From Candidatus Latescibacterota bacterium (GTDB taxonomy: Bacteria; Latescibacterota; UBA2968; UBA8231), in NCBI GenBank assembly GCA_965204725.1, contig OZ242005.1:704001-768000 (forward strand): a DNA stretch of 64,000 bases. Reading direction: 5' to 3'. A program made the position numbers and the translations under genes. A model generated the notes under the pieces. It was not told where the DNA came from. It saw only the letters and a list, made by a program, of their open reading frames with translations, and did not search any database. Of this stretch, positions 9,474-18,432 are shown piece by piece. Positions within the stretch are counted from its first letter, which is position 1, and each line of letters opens with the position of its first letter.

Positions 9474-11237
9474 ATGAAACGGATAATCACACTCATTTTC
9501 CTGTCGGCAACGCTGGGGCAAGCCAACGACGAAATCACCATTGAGTTGCCGAGTGGGGTGCCGCTAGAAATGGTGTGGATCGAACCGGGCAGCTTCACTA
9601 TGGGATGGCTGCCGAGAGAAGTGACGATCTCTCAGGGCTTCTACTTAAGCAAGTACGAGATCACCCAAGAGCAATGGCAGGCGGTCATGGGCACCGCGCC
9701 GTGGTCGTCTGCGCCGAGCGGCTACCAAGGCCCAAGACATCCTGCCTTCGGCCTTACTTGGTACGATGCACAGGCATTTGCCCAGAGGCTAAACGACCAC
9801 TTTGGCGAGGACGCCTATCGCCTGCCCACCGAAGCTGAATGGGAGTATGCCTGCCGGGCGGGCACGACGACGCGCTGGTTCTTTGGAGATGACGAGAGCC
9901 TGCTGGCATCTTATGCGTGGTACGGAGCCAACGCCGCGGATGCCGGAGTTCAGCCCGTTGGCGCGAAACTTCCCAACCCTTGGGGGCTGTTTGACATGTA
10001 CGGAAACACTGATGAGTGGGTACACGACTGGTATGATTATAATTTCCACGATGGTACGCCGCAGACAGATCCGTCAGGTCCTATATCGGGCCACTACCGC
10101 ATACTACGAGGTGGAAGCTACGCCCATGATGCTTTTATCGCGTCGTCGGATTACTCTAGGTATGGGAATAGTGGCTACACCAACGGTATGCGTCTTCTCA
10201 AGGGAGTGCCGCTCAACATAGTCATCCCCGAGCGCATTCCCTTTCCCCAAAATAGTTCAGGCCCATTTTTCCCGGTCCACGAGGGCAATATCTGGATTAT
10301 GGCGTCTCATAGACATAGCTGGGGCCCGCCTAGCGTGGATACCACCGCCTATGTATTGGAGAGTCAGATCATTGAGGGGAAACAGTACTGGAGTATGGGG
10401 TTAATCGGAGAGCCTTTCCGCGTGGACGAGAGCGGTGATATCTGGTTTCGGAAAAATTCGTACTTCTCAGAAGAAATGCGTTACCTCTTACAGTACATAG
10501 ACGAGCATCCCGAACTGCGAGAGTCTCAGTACTACCAACAGTCTTCTTTATTCAAAAATTCAGATCCCGACCAAAAGGATTTCCTAATCTACGACTTCGA
10601 TGATGTCGTTGTCGTCCCTGAGTTGGATCCAGACTCGCCGACTTGGGACATAGATTTGCGATTCGAGGACCTGCTGTATGACTTCTTGATTGTACGGAAG
10701 GTTGGCGAACCTGCCCCAGACCAGCGATTGTTTGGAGTTCCGGGACCCGAGTGGGGCACCACGCAGACCTTTCAACGCGGTATAGGCATTATTAGAACCC
10801 GTACGACAGGTTCACTCTTCCCCAGCACGACGGACAGTGAACTAATATGGGCGCGTATTGATGGCAAGGAATACGGCTTGCATCCCGGACCCGGCTACCT
10901 TGGCTATCGAGAGGTCATAACGGCGGTCGCGTCTCCTGAGCTAAAATCCGCCCAGCCAGCCACCAGCGGCCTATCGCCCAATTTTCCCAACCCCTTCAAC
11001 GCCAGCACCCAAATCGCCTACGACATAGCCGCCCCCGGCCCAGTACGGCTGACAATCTACAACACCTTGGGCCAACCTGTGCGGACGCTCGTAGATCAGT
11101 TCCAAGCTGTCGGCTCGCACCAAGTCCGCTGGGACGCCCGCGACCAACAAGGCGCGGCCTTGGCGGCCGGGGTCTATCTCGTGCGTCTGCGCTATCCCGG
11201 CGGCGAGCAAACCCGGCGACTGCTCTTGCTCAAATAG
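9474..11237 (+). CDS. Secreted FGE-sulfatase (SUMF1-like) domain protein with FlgD-Ig/T9SS-like CTD
   Basis: Signal peptide; PGSFTMG, YRLPTEAEWEYACRAG, PNPWGLFDMYGN..EW, RGGS; CTD PNFPNPFN...LLLLK. Confidence 0.9.
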   Translation: MKRIITLIFLSATLGQANDEITIELPSGVPLEMVWIEPGSFTMGWLPREVTISQGFYLSKYEITQEQWQAVMGTAPWSSAPSGYQGPRHPAFGLTWYDAQAFAQRLNDHFGEDAYRLPTEAEWEYACRAGTTTRWFFGDDESLLASYAWYGANAADAGVQPVGAKLPNPWGLFDMYGNTDEWVHDWYDYNFHDGTPQTDPSGPISGHYRILRGGSYAHDAFIASSDYSRYGNSGYTNGMRLLKGVPLNIVIPERIPFPQNSSGPFFPVHEGNIWIMASHRHSWGPPSVDTTAYVLESQIIEGKQYWSMGLIGEPFRVDESGDIWFRKNSYFSEEMRYLLQYIDEHPELRESQYYQQSSLFKNSDPDQKDFLIYDFDDVVVVPELDPDSPTWDIDLRFEDLLYDFLIVRKVGEPAPDQRLFGVPGPEWGTTQTFQRGIGIIRTRTTGSLFPSTTDSELIWARIDGKEYGLHPGPGYLGYREVITAVASPELKSAQPATSGLSPNFPNPFNASTQIAYDIAAPGPVRLTIYNTLGQPVRTLVDQFQAVGSHQVRWDARDQQGAALAAGVYLVRLRYPGGEQTRRLLLLK

Positions 11238-11480
11238 CCGCCCAACCCGCGTCTTTTACCCGTCTTGACACCGCCGCGCAAAACGCCATCAGTTCCAAGC
11301 TGTCGGCTCGCACCAAGTCCGCTGGGACGCCCGCGACCAACAAGGCGCGGCCTTGGCGGCCGGGGTCTATCTCGTGCGCCTGCGCTATCCCGGCGGCGAG
11401 CAAACCCGGCGACTGCTCTTGCTCAAATAGCCGCCCAACCCGCGTCTTTTGCCCATCTTGACACCACCGCGCAAAACGCC
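11095..11480 (+). repeat. 193 bp tandem duplication (CTD tail plus promoter region)
   Basis: 11095-11287 repeated at 11288-11480 with 4 mismatches. Confidence 0.92.
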
Positions 11481-11486
11481 TATCCT
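11458..11486 (+). promoter_or_regulatory. Sigma70-type promoter for uvrC
   Basis: TTGACA-N17-TATCCT. Confidence 0.65.
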
Positions 11487-11518
11487 CGTGGCCTTATGTC
11501 AACCTGCATCCCCTTCTG

Positions 11519-13369
11519 ATGAAAGATCTCTCCGAAGATCTACGCCTCAAACTCGACGCCCTGCCCACCGAATCCGGCGTCTATATTATGAAAAGGCGCG
11601 ACGGGCAAATAATCTACATCGGCAAGGCCAAAAACCTGCGCGACCGGGTGCGCTCGTACTTTCGCACCTCGGGCAGCGATGGCCGGCGTCAGTTCAAGGC
11701 CCTAGTCCGCAACATCGCCGACATCGACTACATCGTAACGGGTAGCGAGCAGGAGGCCCTCATCCTCGAAGCCACCCAAATCCGCACCCACAAACCGCGC
11801 TACAACATCCTGCTCAAAGACGACAAGAAATACCCCTATATCCGCATCACCGCCGAGCCGTTTCCCCGCATCTTCGCCACCCGCGACGTGGTCCGCGACG
11901 GCTCGCGCTACCTCGGCCCGTACAGCAACGTCCGCGCCATGCACACCACCCTCGACATGCTGCGCAAGGTCTTTCCCATCCGCTCTTGCAACGCCGCGTT
12001 GCCCTCCGACAAGGTGCCGCTGTGCCTCGAATACCACATCAAGCGCTGCGAAGGCCCCTGCGAAAACCTCGTCTCGGCTTCCGACTACCGCAAAACCGTC
12101 GAGCGGGCCGTGCGCTTTTTACGCGGCCAAAACGCCGAAGTAACCCGCGAGTTGCAAAAGCGCATGGCCGAGGCCGCCGCAGACATGCGCTATGAGAAAG
12201 CAGCCCGCTACCGCGACCAAATCCAAGCGCTAGAGTCCATGCGCGCCCGTCAGAAAGTCGTCCTCGACGCCCCGGTGGACCGCGACGTCCTCGGCATGGC
12301 CCGCAGCGACGACGAAGCCTGTTGCAGCGTCCTCGAAGTCCGCGAGGGCCGCCTGCTCGGCAAAAAGCACCACTTCCTCGGCGGGGTCATGGAGTCCGCC
12401 GACGGGGAAATCCTCTCGGCCTTTGCGCGCCAGTTCTATCTGCAAAGCGACTTTGTCCCGCCCGAGATCCACCTACCAGCCCAGCCGACGGACGCCGACG
12501 CAATGGCGGCTTGGCTGTCGCAAAAGGCCAGCGGCAAGGTCGAGTTGGCAACCCCCCAGCGCGGGGCCAAGGCGCAGATGCTAGACATGGCCGCCAAAAA
12601 CGCCGCCCAAATGCTCGCCGAACGCCAGCACAAGCGCGAGATGAAGCGCGACCGCATCCCCCAATCGGTCTATGCCCTCCAGCGCGACTTGCAGCTAGCG
12701 GCGCCGCCCCGCCGCATCGAAGGCATTGACATCTCCACCTTCCAAGGCGCCCACCCGGTCGGCTCGGTGGTCTGCTTTATCGACGGCCGGGCCAAGCGCA
12801 GCCAGTACCGCTACTTCAAAATCCGCGACCTCGCCCAACCCGACGACTACGCTTCCATCTACCAAGTGGTCTATCGCCGCTGCCGCGGCCTAGCCGAGCG
12901 CAATGAAGCCCAGCCCGACTTGCTGCTCATCGACGGCGGGCCGGGCCAACTCGCCAGCGCGGTCGCCGCCCTGCACGCGCTCGATATGGCAGACCAACCC
13001 GTCGTCGGCCTCGCCAAGCGCTTTGAAGAAGTCTTTCTGCCGGGCCAGCGCGAGCCGCTGCTGCTGCCCAAGACCTCGGCCAGCCTGCGCCTGTTGCAGA
13101 TGCTGCGCGACGAAGCGCACCGCTTCGCGCTCAAAAACCATCGCCAGCAACGCACCAAGAGCGCGTTTAGCTCGGCCTTAGATCGCATCCCCGGCATTGG
13201 CCCGCAAAAGCGCAAGGCCCTGCTCGTGGCCTTTGGCTCGGTCAAGCGCGTCGCGGCCGCGCCGGCCGAGCAAATCGCCGCCCTTCCCGGCTTTAGCCGC
13301 AAGCAGGCCGACGCCTTGCTGGCCCATCTCAACGGCCCGGATCATGGCCCGCCCGAAATCCACTCCTGA
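11519..13369 (+). CDS. uvrC: Excinuclease ABC subunit C
   Basis: LP..SGVY...IYIGKAKNLR, KPRYNILLKDDKKYPY, RIEGIDIS, PDLLLIDGG, RDEAHRFA, HhH IPGIG. Confidence 0.97.
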   Translation: MKDLSEDLRLKLDALPTESGVYIMKRRDGQIIYIGKAKNLRDRVRSYFRTSGSDGRRQFKALVRNIADIDYIVTGSEQEALILEATQIRTHKPRYNILLKDDKKYPYIRITAEPFPRIFATRDVVRDGSRYLGPYSNVRAMHTTLDMLRKVFPIRSCNAALPSDKVPLCLEYHIKRCEGPCENLVSASDYRKTVERAVRFLRGQNAEVTRELQKRMAEAAADMRYEKAARYRDQIQALESMRARQKVVLDAPVDRDVLGMARSDDEACCSVLEVREGRLLGKKHHFLGGVMESADGEILSAFARQFYLQSDFVPPEIHLPAQPTDADAMAAWLSQKASGKVELATPQRGAKAQMLDMAAKNAAQMLAERQHKREMKRDRIPQSVYALQRDLQLAAPPRRIEGIDISTFQGAHPVGSVVCFIDGRAKRSQYRYFKIRDLAQPDDYASIYQVVYRRCRGLAERNEAQPDLLLIDGGPGQLASAVAALHALDMADQPVVGLAKRFEEVFLPGQREPLLLPKTSASLRLLQMLRDEAHRFALKNHRQQRTKSAFSSALDRIPGIGPQKRKALLVAFGSVKRVAAAPAEQIAALPGFSRKQADALLAHLNGPDHGPPEIHS

Positions 13370-14270
13370 GCACCCGCTGCCAAAGGCTTTAGCCCTTTCC
13401 CGCGAGCACTTCCTCCAAGCCATGGAGCGCGACAAGGGGCTGGCGGCCAATACCCTCGACGCCTATCGCCGCGACCTCAACCGCTATCTACACCACCTGT
13501 CCGCCCAAGGCGTCGAGCGCGTAGAAGCCGTCCAACACCAGCACATCGCCCACTTGCTCCACTCGCTGAACGACGCCGGCCTGACCCCTTCCACCATGGC
13601 CCGCAACCTCACCTCGATAAAGCGCTTCCACCAGTACTTATTGCTCCAAGGGGCGGCGTCCCACAACCCGGCCGAACACCTCGATCCGCCCAAGCTCGAG
13701 CGCCGCCTGCCCGATGTGCTAGCGGTCGAGGAAATCTCCGCTCTCCTCGCCGCACCCGACCCGGACGAGCCGCTGGGCCAGCGCGACCGGGCCATCCTCG
13801 CCGTGCTCTACGCCACGGGGATTCGCGTCTCCGAGCTGACCACGCTGCAACAGGCCGCCCTGCTGCTGGGGCGGGGCCTCGTCCGCATCTGCGGCCGGCG
13901 CGAGCGCATCGTGCCCATCGCGCACAAAGACATCCGCACGCTCAAACGCTACCTGCGTCAGGGCCGCCCCCACCTCGCCCGCCCCGACTCGACCGACCAC
14001 GTCTTTCTCAACGCCCAAGGCGGCGCGCTCTCGCGCATGAGCGTGTGGAAGATCATCAAAACGGCCGGCGACAAAGCGCGCATTGGCAAGGCGATCAGCC
14101 CCCACACCCTGCGCCACTCCTTTGCCACGCATCTGTTGGAAGGCGGCGCAAACCTCCGCGCCGTGCAGGAGCTATTGGGACACGCCGACATCTCCACCAC
14201 TCAGATCTACACGCACCTCGACCTCAGCTATCTCAAAGAGGTCCACAAGACCTATCATCCCCGAGGCTAA
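13344..14270 (+). CDS. xerD: XerD-like tyrosine recombinase
   Basis: NTLDAYRRDL, LP.VL, YATGIRVSEL, SPHTLRHSFATHLLEGGA, LLGHADISTTQIYTH, HPRG end; start uncertain. Confidence 0.8.
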   Translation: MARPKSTPEHPLPKALALSREHFLQAMERDKGLAANTLDAYRRDLNRYLHHLSAQGVERVEAVQHQHIAHLLHSLNDAGLTPSTMARNLTSIKRFHQYLLLQGAASHNPAEHLDPPKLERRLPDVLAVEEISALLAAPDPDEPLGQRDRAILAVLYATGIRVSELTTLQQAALLLGRGLVRICGRRERIVPIAHKDIRTLKRYLRQGRPHLARPDSTDHVFLNAQGGALSRMSVWKIIKTAGDKARIGKAISPHTLRHSFATHLLEGGANLRAVQELLGHADISTTQIYTHLDLSYLKEVHKTYHPRG

Positions 14271-15011
14271 ATGGAGTCGCCGCTCGTCGTCGCCACCGGA
14301 CTCGACAAGTGCTTCCCCTCCGGGGTCCAAGCCCTGCACGACCTCAACTTGGCAATTAGCCGCGGTCAATTCGTCTCCATCGTCGGTCCTTCCGGCTGCG
14401 GCAAATCCACCTTCCTCCGCCTCGTGGCCGGGCTCGACGCGCCCACCAGCGGCCAGTTGCGCGTCGGCGACCACGACCCGCTCGGCCTCGCCTTTGTCTT
14501 CCAAGACGCCACGCTGCTGCCTTGGCGCTCGGTCGCCCGCAACATCACCCTCCCCCTAGAGCTGCGCCGCGCAGCCGACGACGCGCACGTCGCCCAGACC
14601 CTGGCGCTGGTCGGCCTAACCGACTTTGCCGCGGCGTACCCGGCCCAACTTTCCGGCGGCATGCGGATGCGGGTCTCCATTGCCCGCGCACTGGTGACTC
14701 GCCCCCAGATCCTGCTCCTCGACGAGCCTTTTGGCGCGCTCGACGAAATCACCCGCCAGCGGCTCAACGAGGAGTTGTCGCGCCTGTGGCAGGAAGATCG
14801 CTGGACCGGCCTCTTTGTCACGCACAACGTCTCCGAAGCCGTTTTCCTCAGCCAGCGGGTCCTCGTGCTGAGTGCGCGGCCCGGCCGCATCCTCGCCGAC
14901 ATTCCCATCCCGTTTCCCTATCCGCGCTCGCCGTACCTGCGCAGCGCTCCTGAGTTCATCCGCCTAGCCCAAGGGATTTCGCGCCAACTCGCCCGCGCCG
15001 ACGACCCATGA
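14271..15011 (+). CDS. NitT/TauT family ABC transporter ATP-binding protein
   Basis: GPSGCGKST, LSGGMRMR, LLLDEPFGALD, TH. Confidence 0.92.
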   Translation: MESPLVVATGLDKCFPSGVQALHDLNLAISRGQFVSIVGPSGCGKSTFLRLVAGLDAPTSGQLRVGDHDPLGLAFVFQDATLLPWRSVARNITLPLELRRAADDAHVAQTLALVGLTDFAAAYPAQLSGGMRMRVSIARALVTRPQILLLDEPFGALDEITRQRLNEELSRLWQEDRWTGLFVTHNVSEAVFLSQRVLVLSARPGRILADIPIPFPYPRSPYLRSAPEFIRLAQGISRQLARADDP

Positions 15012-15790
15012 ACCGACTGCGCTCCCTCGCGGCCAACGCCCTGCCGCCGCTGCTTTTTTTCGCCTTGGTCCTGTGCGCTTGGCAAGGCGCGGTCTCGCTC
15101 TTGGCGATCGAGCCTTTCCTACTGCCCGGCCCCTTGCTCGTGGCCCAAGCCATCGCCGACAACTGGCCGCGCCTGCTGTCGGCTACCTTGCTGACGGCCG
15201 TGGGCGCGCTCTTGGGCTTTGTCCTCAGCTTTGCCTTTGGCTTCTTGGTCGCCTTGCTGTTTTCCCAGTCGCGCCTCATCGAGCGCAGCCTCTACCCGTA
15301 TGCGATCTTCTTGCAAACCATGCCCATCGTCGCCATCGCGCCCCTGATCATCCTGTGGATCGGCTACGGTCTGCAAGGCGTGGTGGCCGTCTCCTTCATC
15401 ATCGCCCTCTTCCCGATCATCGCCAATACCACCGACGGCCTAACCCGCGTCGATTCCCACATCCTCGATTTCTTCGCGCTCAACAAGGCCAGCCGCTGGC
15501 AGGTGCTGTTCAAGCTCCGCGTCCCCGCCGCCGTCCCCCAGATGCTCGTCGGCGCTCGCATCTCCAGCGGCCTGTCGGTCATCGGCGCGATTGTCGGCGA
15601 GTTCTTCGCCGGCTACGGCACCGAGGACTTTGGCCTCGGCTACTTGATCATCCTCACCAACGGCCAAGCCAAAACCGACTACCTCTTCGCCTGCATTTTG
15701 TTTTGCACGTTGCTCGGCTTGGGGCTGTTTACCGCCGTGGGCAGCTTGAGCACCTTCTTGCTCAGACGCTGGACGGGGGGGGCAGAGTAG
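15008..15790 (+). CDS. NitT/TauT family ABC transporter permease
   Basis: Multiple TM helices, P.VAIAPL..LW.G, K.R.P.A.P, GAIVGEF. Confidence 0.9.
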   Translation: MNRLRSLAANALPPLLFFALVLCAWQGAVSLLAIEPFLLPGPLLVAQAIADNWPRLLSATLLTAVGALLGFVLSFAFGFLVALLFSQSRLIERSLYPYAIFLQTMPIVAIAPLIILWIGYGLQGVVAVSFIIALFPIIANTTDGLTRVDSHILDFFALNKASRWQVLFKLRVPAAVPQMLVGARISSGLSVIGAIVGEFFAGYGTEDFGLGYLIILTNGQAKTDYLFACILFCTLLGLGLFTAVGSLSTFLLRRWTGGAE

Positions 15791-15851
15791 ATTGGGCGTG
15801 GGGCGTGGGTATCGAGAGCGCGGAGAGAAACAACTGGAATAGACGGTTTCA

Positions 15852-15900
15852 AGCCGTAAGCTACCTTGCTACGTAAGCAGCCGTAAGCTAACTTGCTACG
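15852..15900 (+). repeat. Two 22 bp direct repeats with 27 bp period upstream of the WG gene (possible operator)
   Basis: AGCCGTAAGCTA(C/A)CTTGCTACG twice. Confidence 0.6.
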
Positions 15901-15936
15901 CATATACCCTAAAACCCAAACGAGAAGGATACGACC

Positions 15937-16698
15937 ATGCGCTCCATACTATGCGCTCTGATGTGCTTGACCCTGCTTGTTTCGCGCTCTAACGCTGAAG
16001 TTGACCAAGCTGACCCTGAAAAGTTGGCGCGCGTAAAGATCGGCGGTAGGTATGGATTCATTAACACGAAAGGACGCTACATCATTAACCCACAGTTTGA
16101 CGACGCTTTATGGTTTTCGGAGGGCTTAGCTCTTGTAAAGATCGGAGACAAGTGGGGGTTTATTGACACGAAAGGGGCGATCGTCATCAACCCCCAATTC
16201 GACGGCCCTTGGTGGTTTTCGGAAGGGTTGGCGCGTGTAAAGATCGGAGACAAGTGGGGGTTTATTGACACGAAAGGGGCAATCGTCATTAACCCCCAAT
16301 TCGACGAGGCTTGGTGGTTTTCGGAAGGGTTGGCGCATGTAAAGATCGGAGACAAGTGGGGGTTTATTGACACGAAAGGGGCAATCGTCATCAACCCACA
16401 GTTCGACGACGCTCTGAGGTTTTCAGAAGGGTTAGCGCGTGTAAAGATCGGAGACAAGTGGGGGTTTATTGACGCGAAAGGGGCAATCGTCATCAACCCA
16501 CAGTTCGACGACGGTTCGGGGTTTTCGGAAGGATTAGCGGGTGTAAAGATTGGAGATACGTGGGGGTTTATTGACGCGAAAGGGGCAATCGTCATCAACC
16601 CACAGTTCGACGACGCTGGGCCGTTTAAAACTGACGACGCTGACCTGTTTGAACTGATGAGCCGCATATTTCGGATTGCTCAGGATCAGCGGGAGTAG
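15937..16698 (+). CDS. Secreted WG-repeat protein (about six 34-aa repeats)
   Basis: FSEGLA.VKIGDKWGFID.KG.IVINPQFD repeated with a 102 bp DNA period; signal peptide. Confidence 0.92.
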   Translation: MRSILCALMCLTLLVSRSNAEVDQADPEKLARVKIGGRYGFINTKGRYIINPQFDDALWFSEGLALVKIGDKWGFIDTKGAIVINPQFDGPWWFSEGLARVKIGDKWGFIDTKGAIVINPQFDEAWWFSEGLAHVKIGDKWGFIDTKGAIVINPQFDDALRFSEGLARVKIGDKWGFIDAKGAIVINPQFDDGSGFSEGLAGVKIGDTWGFIDAKGAIVINPQFDDAGPFKTDDADLFELMSRIFRIAQDQRE

Positions 16699-16700
16699 CG

Positions 16701-16838
16701 ATCGGCGGCAAGTGGGAACTCATTGATAAAGCTACGATGGAAAACCACGGTTTTGTGAATTGCGACAAAGAATGGTGGCACTATACGCTTAAAGACGAAC
16801 CTTATCCAGATACATACTTTGATTTTCCTGTAAGGTGA
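16701..16838 (+). pseudogene. C-terminal fragment of VanX/DdpX D-Ala-D-Ala dipeptidase (M15) fused to a WG-repeat remnant
   Basis: Translates IGGKWELIDKAT-MENHGFVNCDKEWWHYTLKDEPYPDTYFDFPVR*; EWWHY..DEPYP..YFDFPV is the VanX C-terminus. Confidence 0.8.
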
Positions 16839-16999
16839 TGGACGTTATGCGGTCGGCAGCCTCATGGAACCGACCCCTTGGTACGCTCTAACGCCTAACG
16901 GACGGTACGCCGCTTTTGTCCCCAACGACCCACGCCTGTATCCTTTTCGCTACACGCCAACGCCGCCGATCCCCAGCCCGCCCCTATGAGCCGCCGCCG

Positions 17000-17014
17000 T
17001 GGCACGATTCTTGC
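17000..17014 (+). promoter_or_regulatory. Sigma54 -24/-12 promoter upstream of Rpn gene
   Basis: TGGCACGATTCTTGC, a consensus match with GG-N10-GC spacing. Confidence 0.65.
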
Positions 17015-17060
17015 CGGTTGTGGATACCATCCCACCCCACCCGCAACCAAGGCAGGACCC

Positions 17061-17972
17061 ATGGCCGAATTCGATTCCATCGCCAAACACCTCATCCACA
17101 CCTATCCTGCAGACTTCGCCCGCTTCGCCCTCCAACAAGACGACATCCAAGTCCTCGGCGTCGTCGATACCGAGCAGCCCACCGCCGAAACCCACCGCAC
17201 CGACAGCCTCATTCGCGTCCACGTCGGCGGCGAGGAGGTGCTGGTCCACCACGAGTTCCAAACCACCGACAGCAAACCCCCCATGCCGCGCCGCATGATC
17301 GGCTACATCGGACGCGGCATTGAGCAACACAACCGGCCGATCTATTCCAACGTCATCTATCTCCGCCCAGACGCTGGCCGGAATGATCCGGGGCACTATG
17401 TCCAAGAGCGGCACGGCTACCGCGTATTAGTGCAATACAAGGTCATTCGGCTGATCGAGATCGACGGCCAACGCATCCTCGACGCGGGACCTTCGGGCTT
17501 GCTGCCGTTTGCGCCGCTGATGCAGCCGCCCGCAGGCGTCGATGCCGAGGGCTGGTTGCGCCAGTGCGTCAACCGAGCGCAACAGGTGCCGATGGACGAG
17601 AGCCGCAAAGCCAATTATCTAGCCGATCTTGCGATGTTGAGCGGGTTGGTGTATAACTTAGAGACGATTATGACCATCATTGAGGAGGAGACCATGTACG
17701 AGTCGTCGGTAGCGCAGTATTTCACGGAAAAGGGGATTAAGCAGGGCATTGAGCAGGGCATTGAGCAGGGCATTGAGCGAGGCGGCCGAGAACGCGCTAT
17801 TGAGGATCTGCTCGAAGTGCTAGAGATTCGCTTTGGGTTGGCTGGGTCGGACCCGTTGGCCGCCCGCATTGAGGCCACCGACGATGTGCAGCGTCTCAGG
17901 CAGTTGTTTCGGGCAGCCATACAGGTGCCCAGCCTTGAAGCCTTTAGGCTCCTGTTAGACCAAGCCGAGTAG
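17061..17972 (+). CDS. Rpn/YhgA-like (PD-(D/E)XK) recombination-promoting nuclease / putative transposase family protein
   Basis: FDSIAK.L, R.DSL...HHEFQT...MPRRM..Y, LLPFAPLM, GIEQ repeats, LEIRFG C-terminus. Confidence 0.85.
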   Translation: MAEFDSIAKHLIHTYPADFARFALQQDDIQVLGVVDTEQPTAETHRTDSLIRVHVGGEEVLVHHEFQTTDSKPPMPRRMIGYIGRGIEQHNRPIYSNVIYLRPDAGRNDPGHYVQERHGYRVLVQYKVIRLIEIDGQRILDAGPSGLLPFAPLMQPPAGVDAEGWLRQCVNRAQQVPMDESRKANYLADLAMLSGLVYNLETIMTIIEEETMYESSVAQYFTEKGIKQGIEQGIEQGIERGGRERAIEDLLEVLEIRFGLAGSDPLAARIEATDDVQRLRQLFRAAIQVPSLEAFRLLLDQAE

Positions 17973-18093
17973 GGCACCGCATAATATCGTTCCCAACCCG
18001 TTCAATCCTTCCACTCGGCGAGGAACTCAAGCGCGTCTTGCTGGCCGGACGCCTATATCCACGCCGTCCGCTATGCCAGCGAGCCAATAGTAG

Positions 18094-18432
18094 TCAGATA
18101 AACTTGCTCGGAGGGACCGCAAAAATCAGCGCGAGTCTTTTCGCCATGTTCTTGCTAATAGGACGCGAGCCCCGTTCCATATTGGAAATGTGCTGCCGAG
18201 GGAGGCCGCCTAGCTTTTCGCCCAACTGCGCTTGAGTCCAGCCGCGATTATCCCGATAAATTTTGAGATTATCGCCGGGCGTCATGCTCGATTTTATTTG
18301 GCGATACCATTCCGTCGCAAAGACGTTTGCGAGTTCATCGCCAAATTCTTCTTTGAGAACGGAAATGAGTTTGGGCGGAATGTCCCCTTGAATCTGGAGC
18401 TCAATACGGGGCGTTTTCACGACTGCCTGCAT
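18094..18432 (-). CDS. XRE-family HTH protein (HigA-like antitoxin)
   Basis: MQAVVKTP... LKIYRDNRGWTQAQLGEKLG...ISNMERGSRPI; GAGG RBS. Confidence 0.8.
   Translation of the reverse strand: MQAVVKTPRIELQIQGDIPPKLISVLKEEFGDELANVFATEWYRQIKSSMTPGDNLKIYRDNRGWTQAQLGEKLGGLPRQHISNMERGSRPISKNMAKRLALIFAVPPSKFI

Noticed and set aside
9474-11480. Diversity-generating retroelement (FGE/CLec-type target plus nearby repeat)
   Set aside because: No reverse transcriptase in the window; the repeat covers the CTD rather than the FGE domain end, and mismatches are not adenine-specific
15775-15782. G8 tract as a phase-variation switch
   Set aside because: Lies in the last codons of the permease; slippage would alter only the extreme C-terminus
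16020-16620. CRISPR array (regular DNA repeats; also 28562-28648)
   Set aside because: Repeats are in-frame coding units without unique spacers; no cas genes
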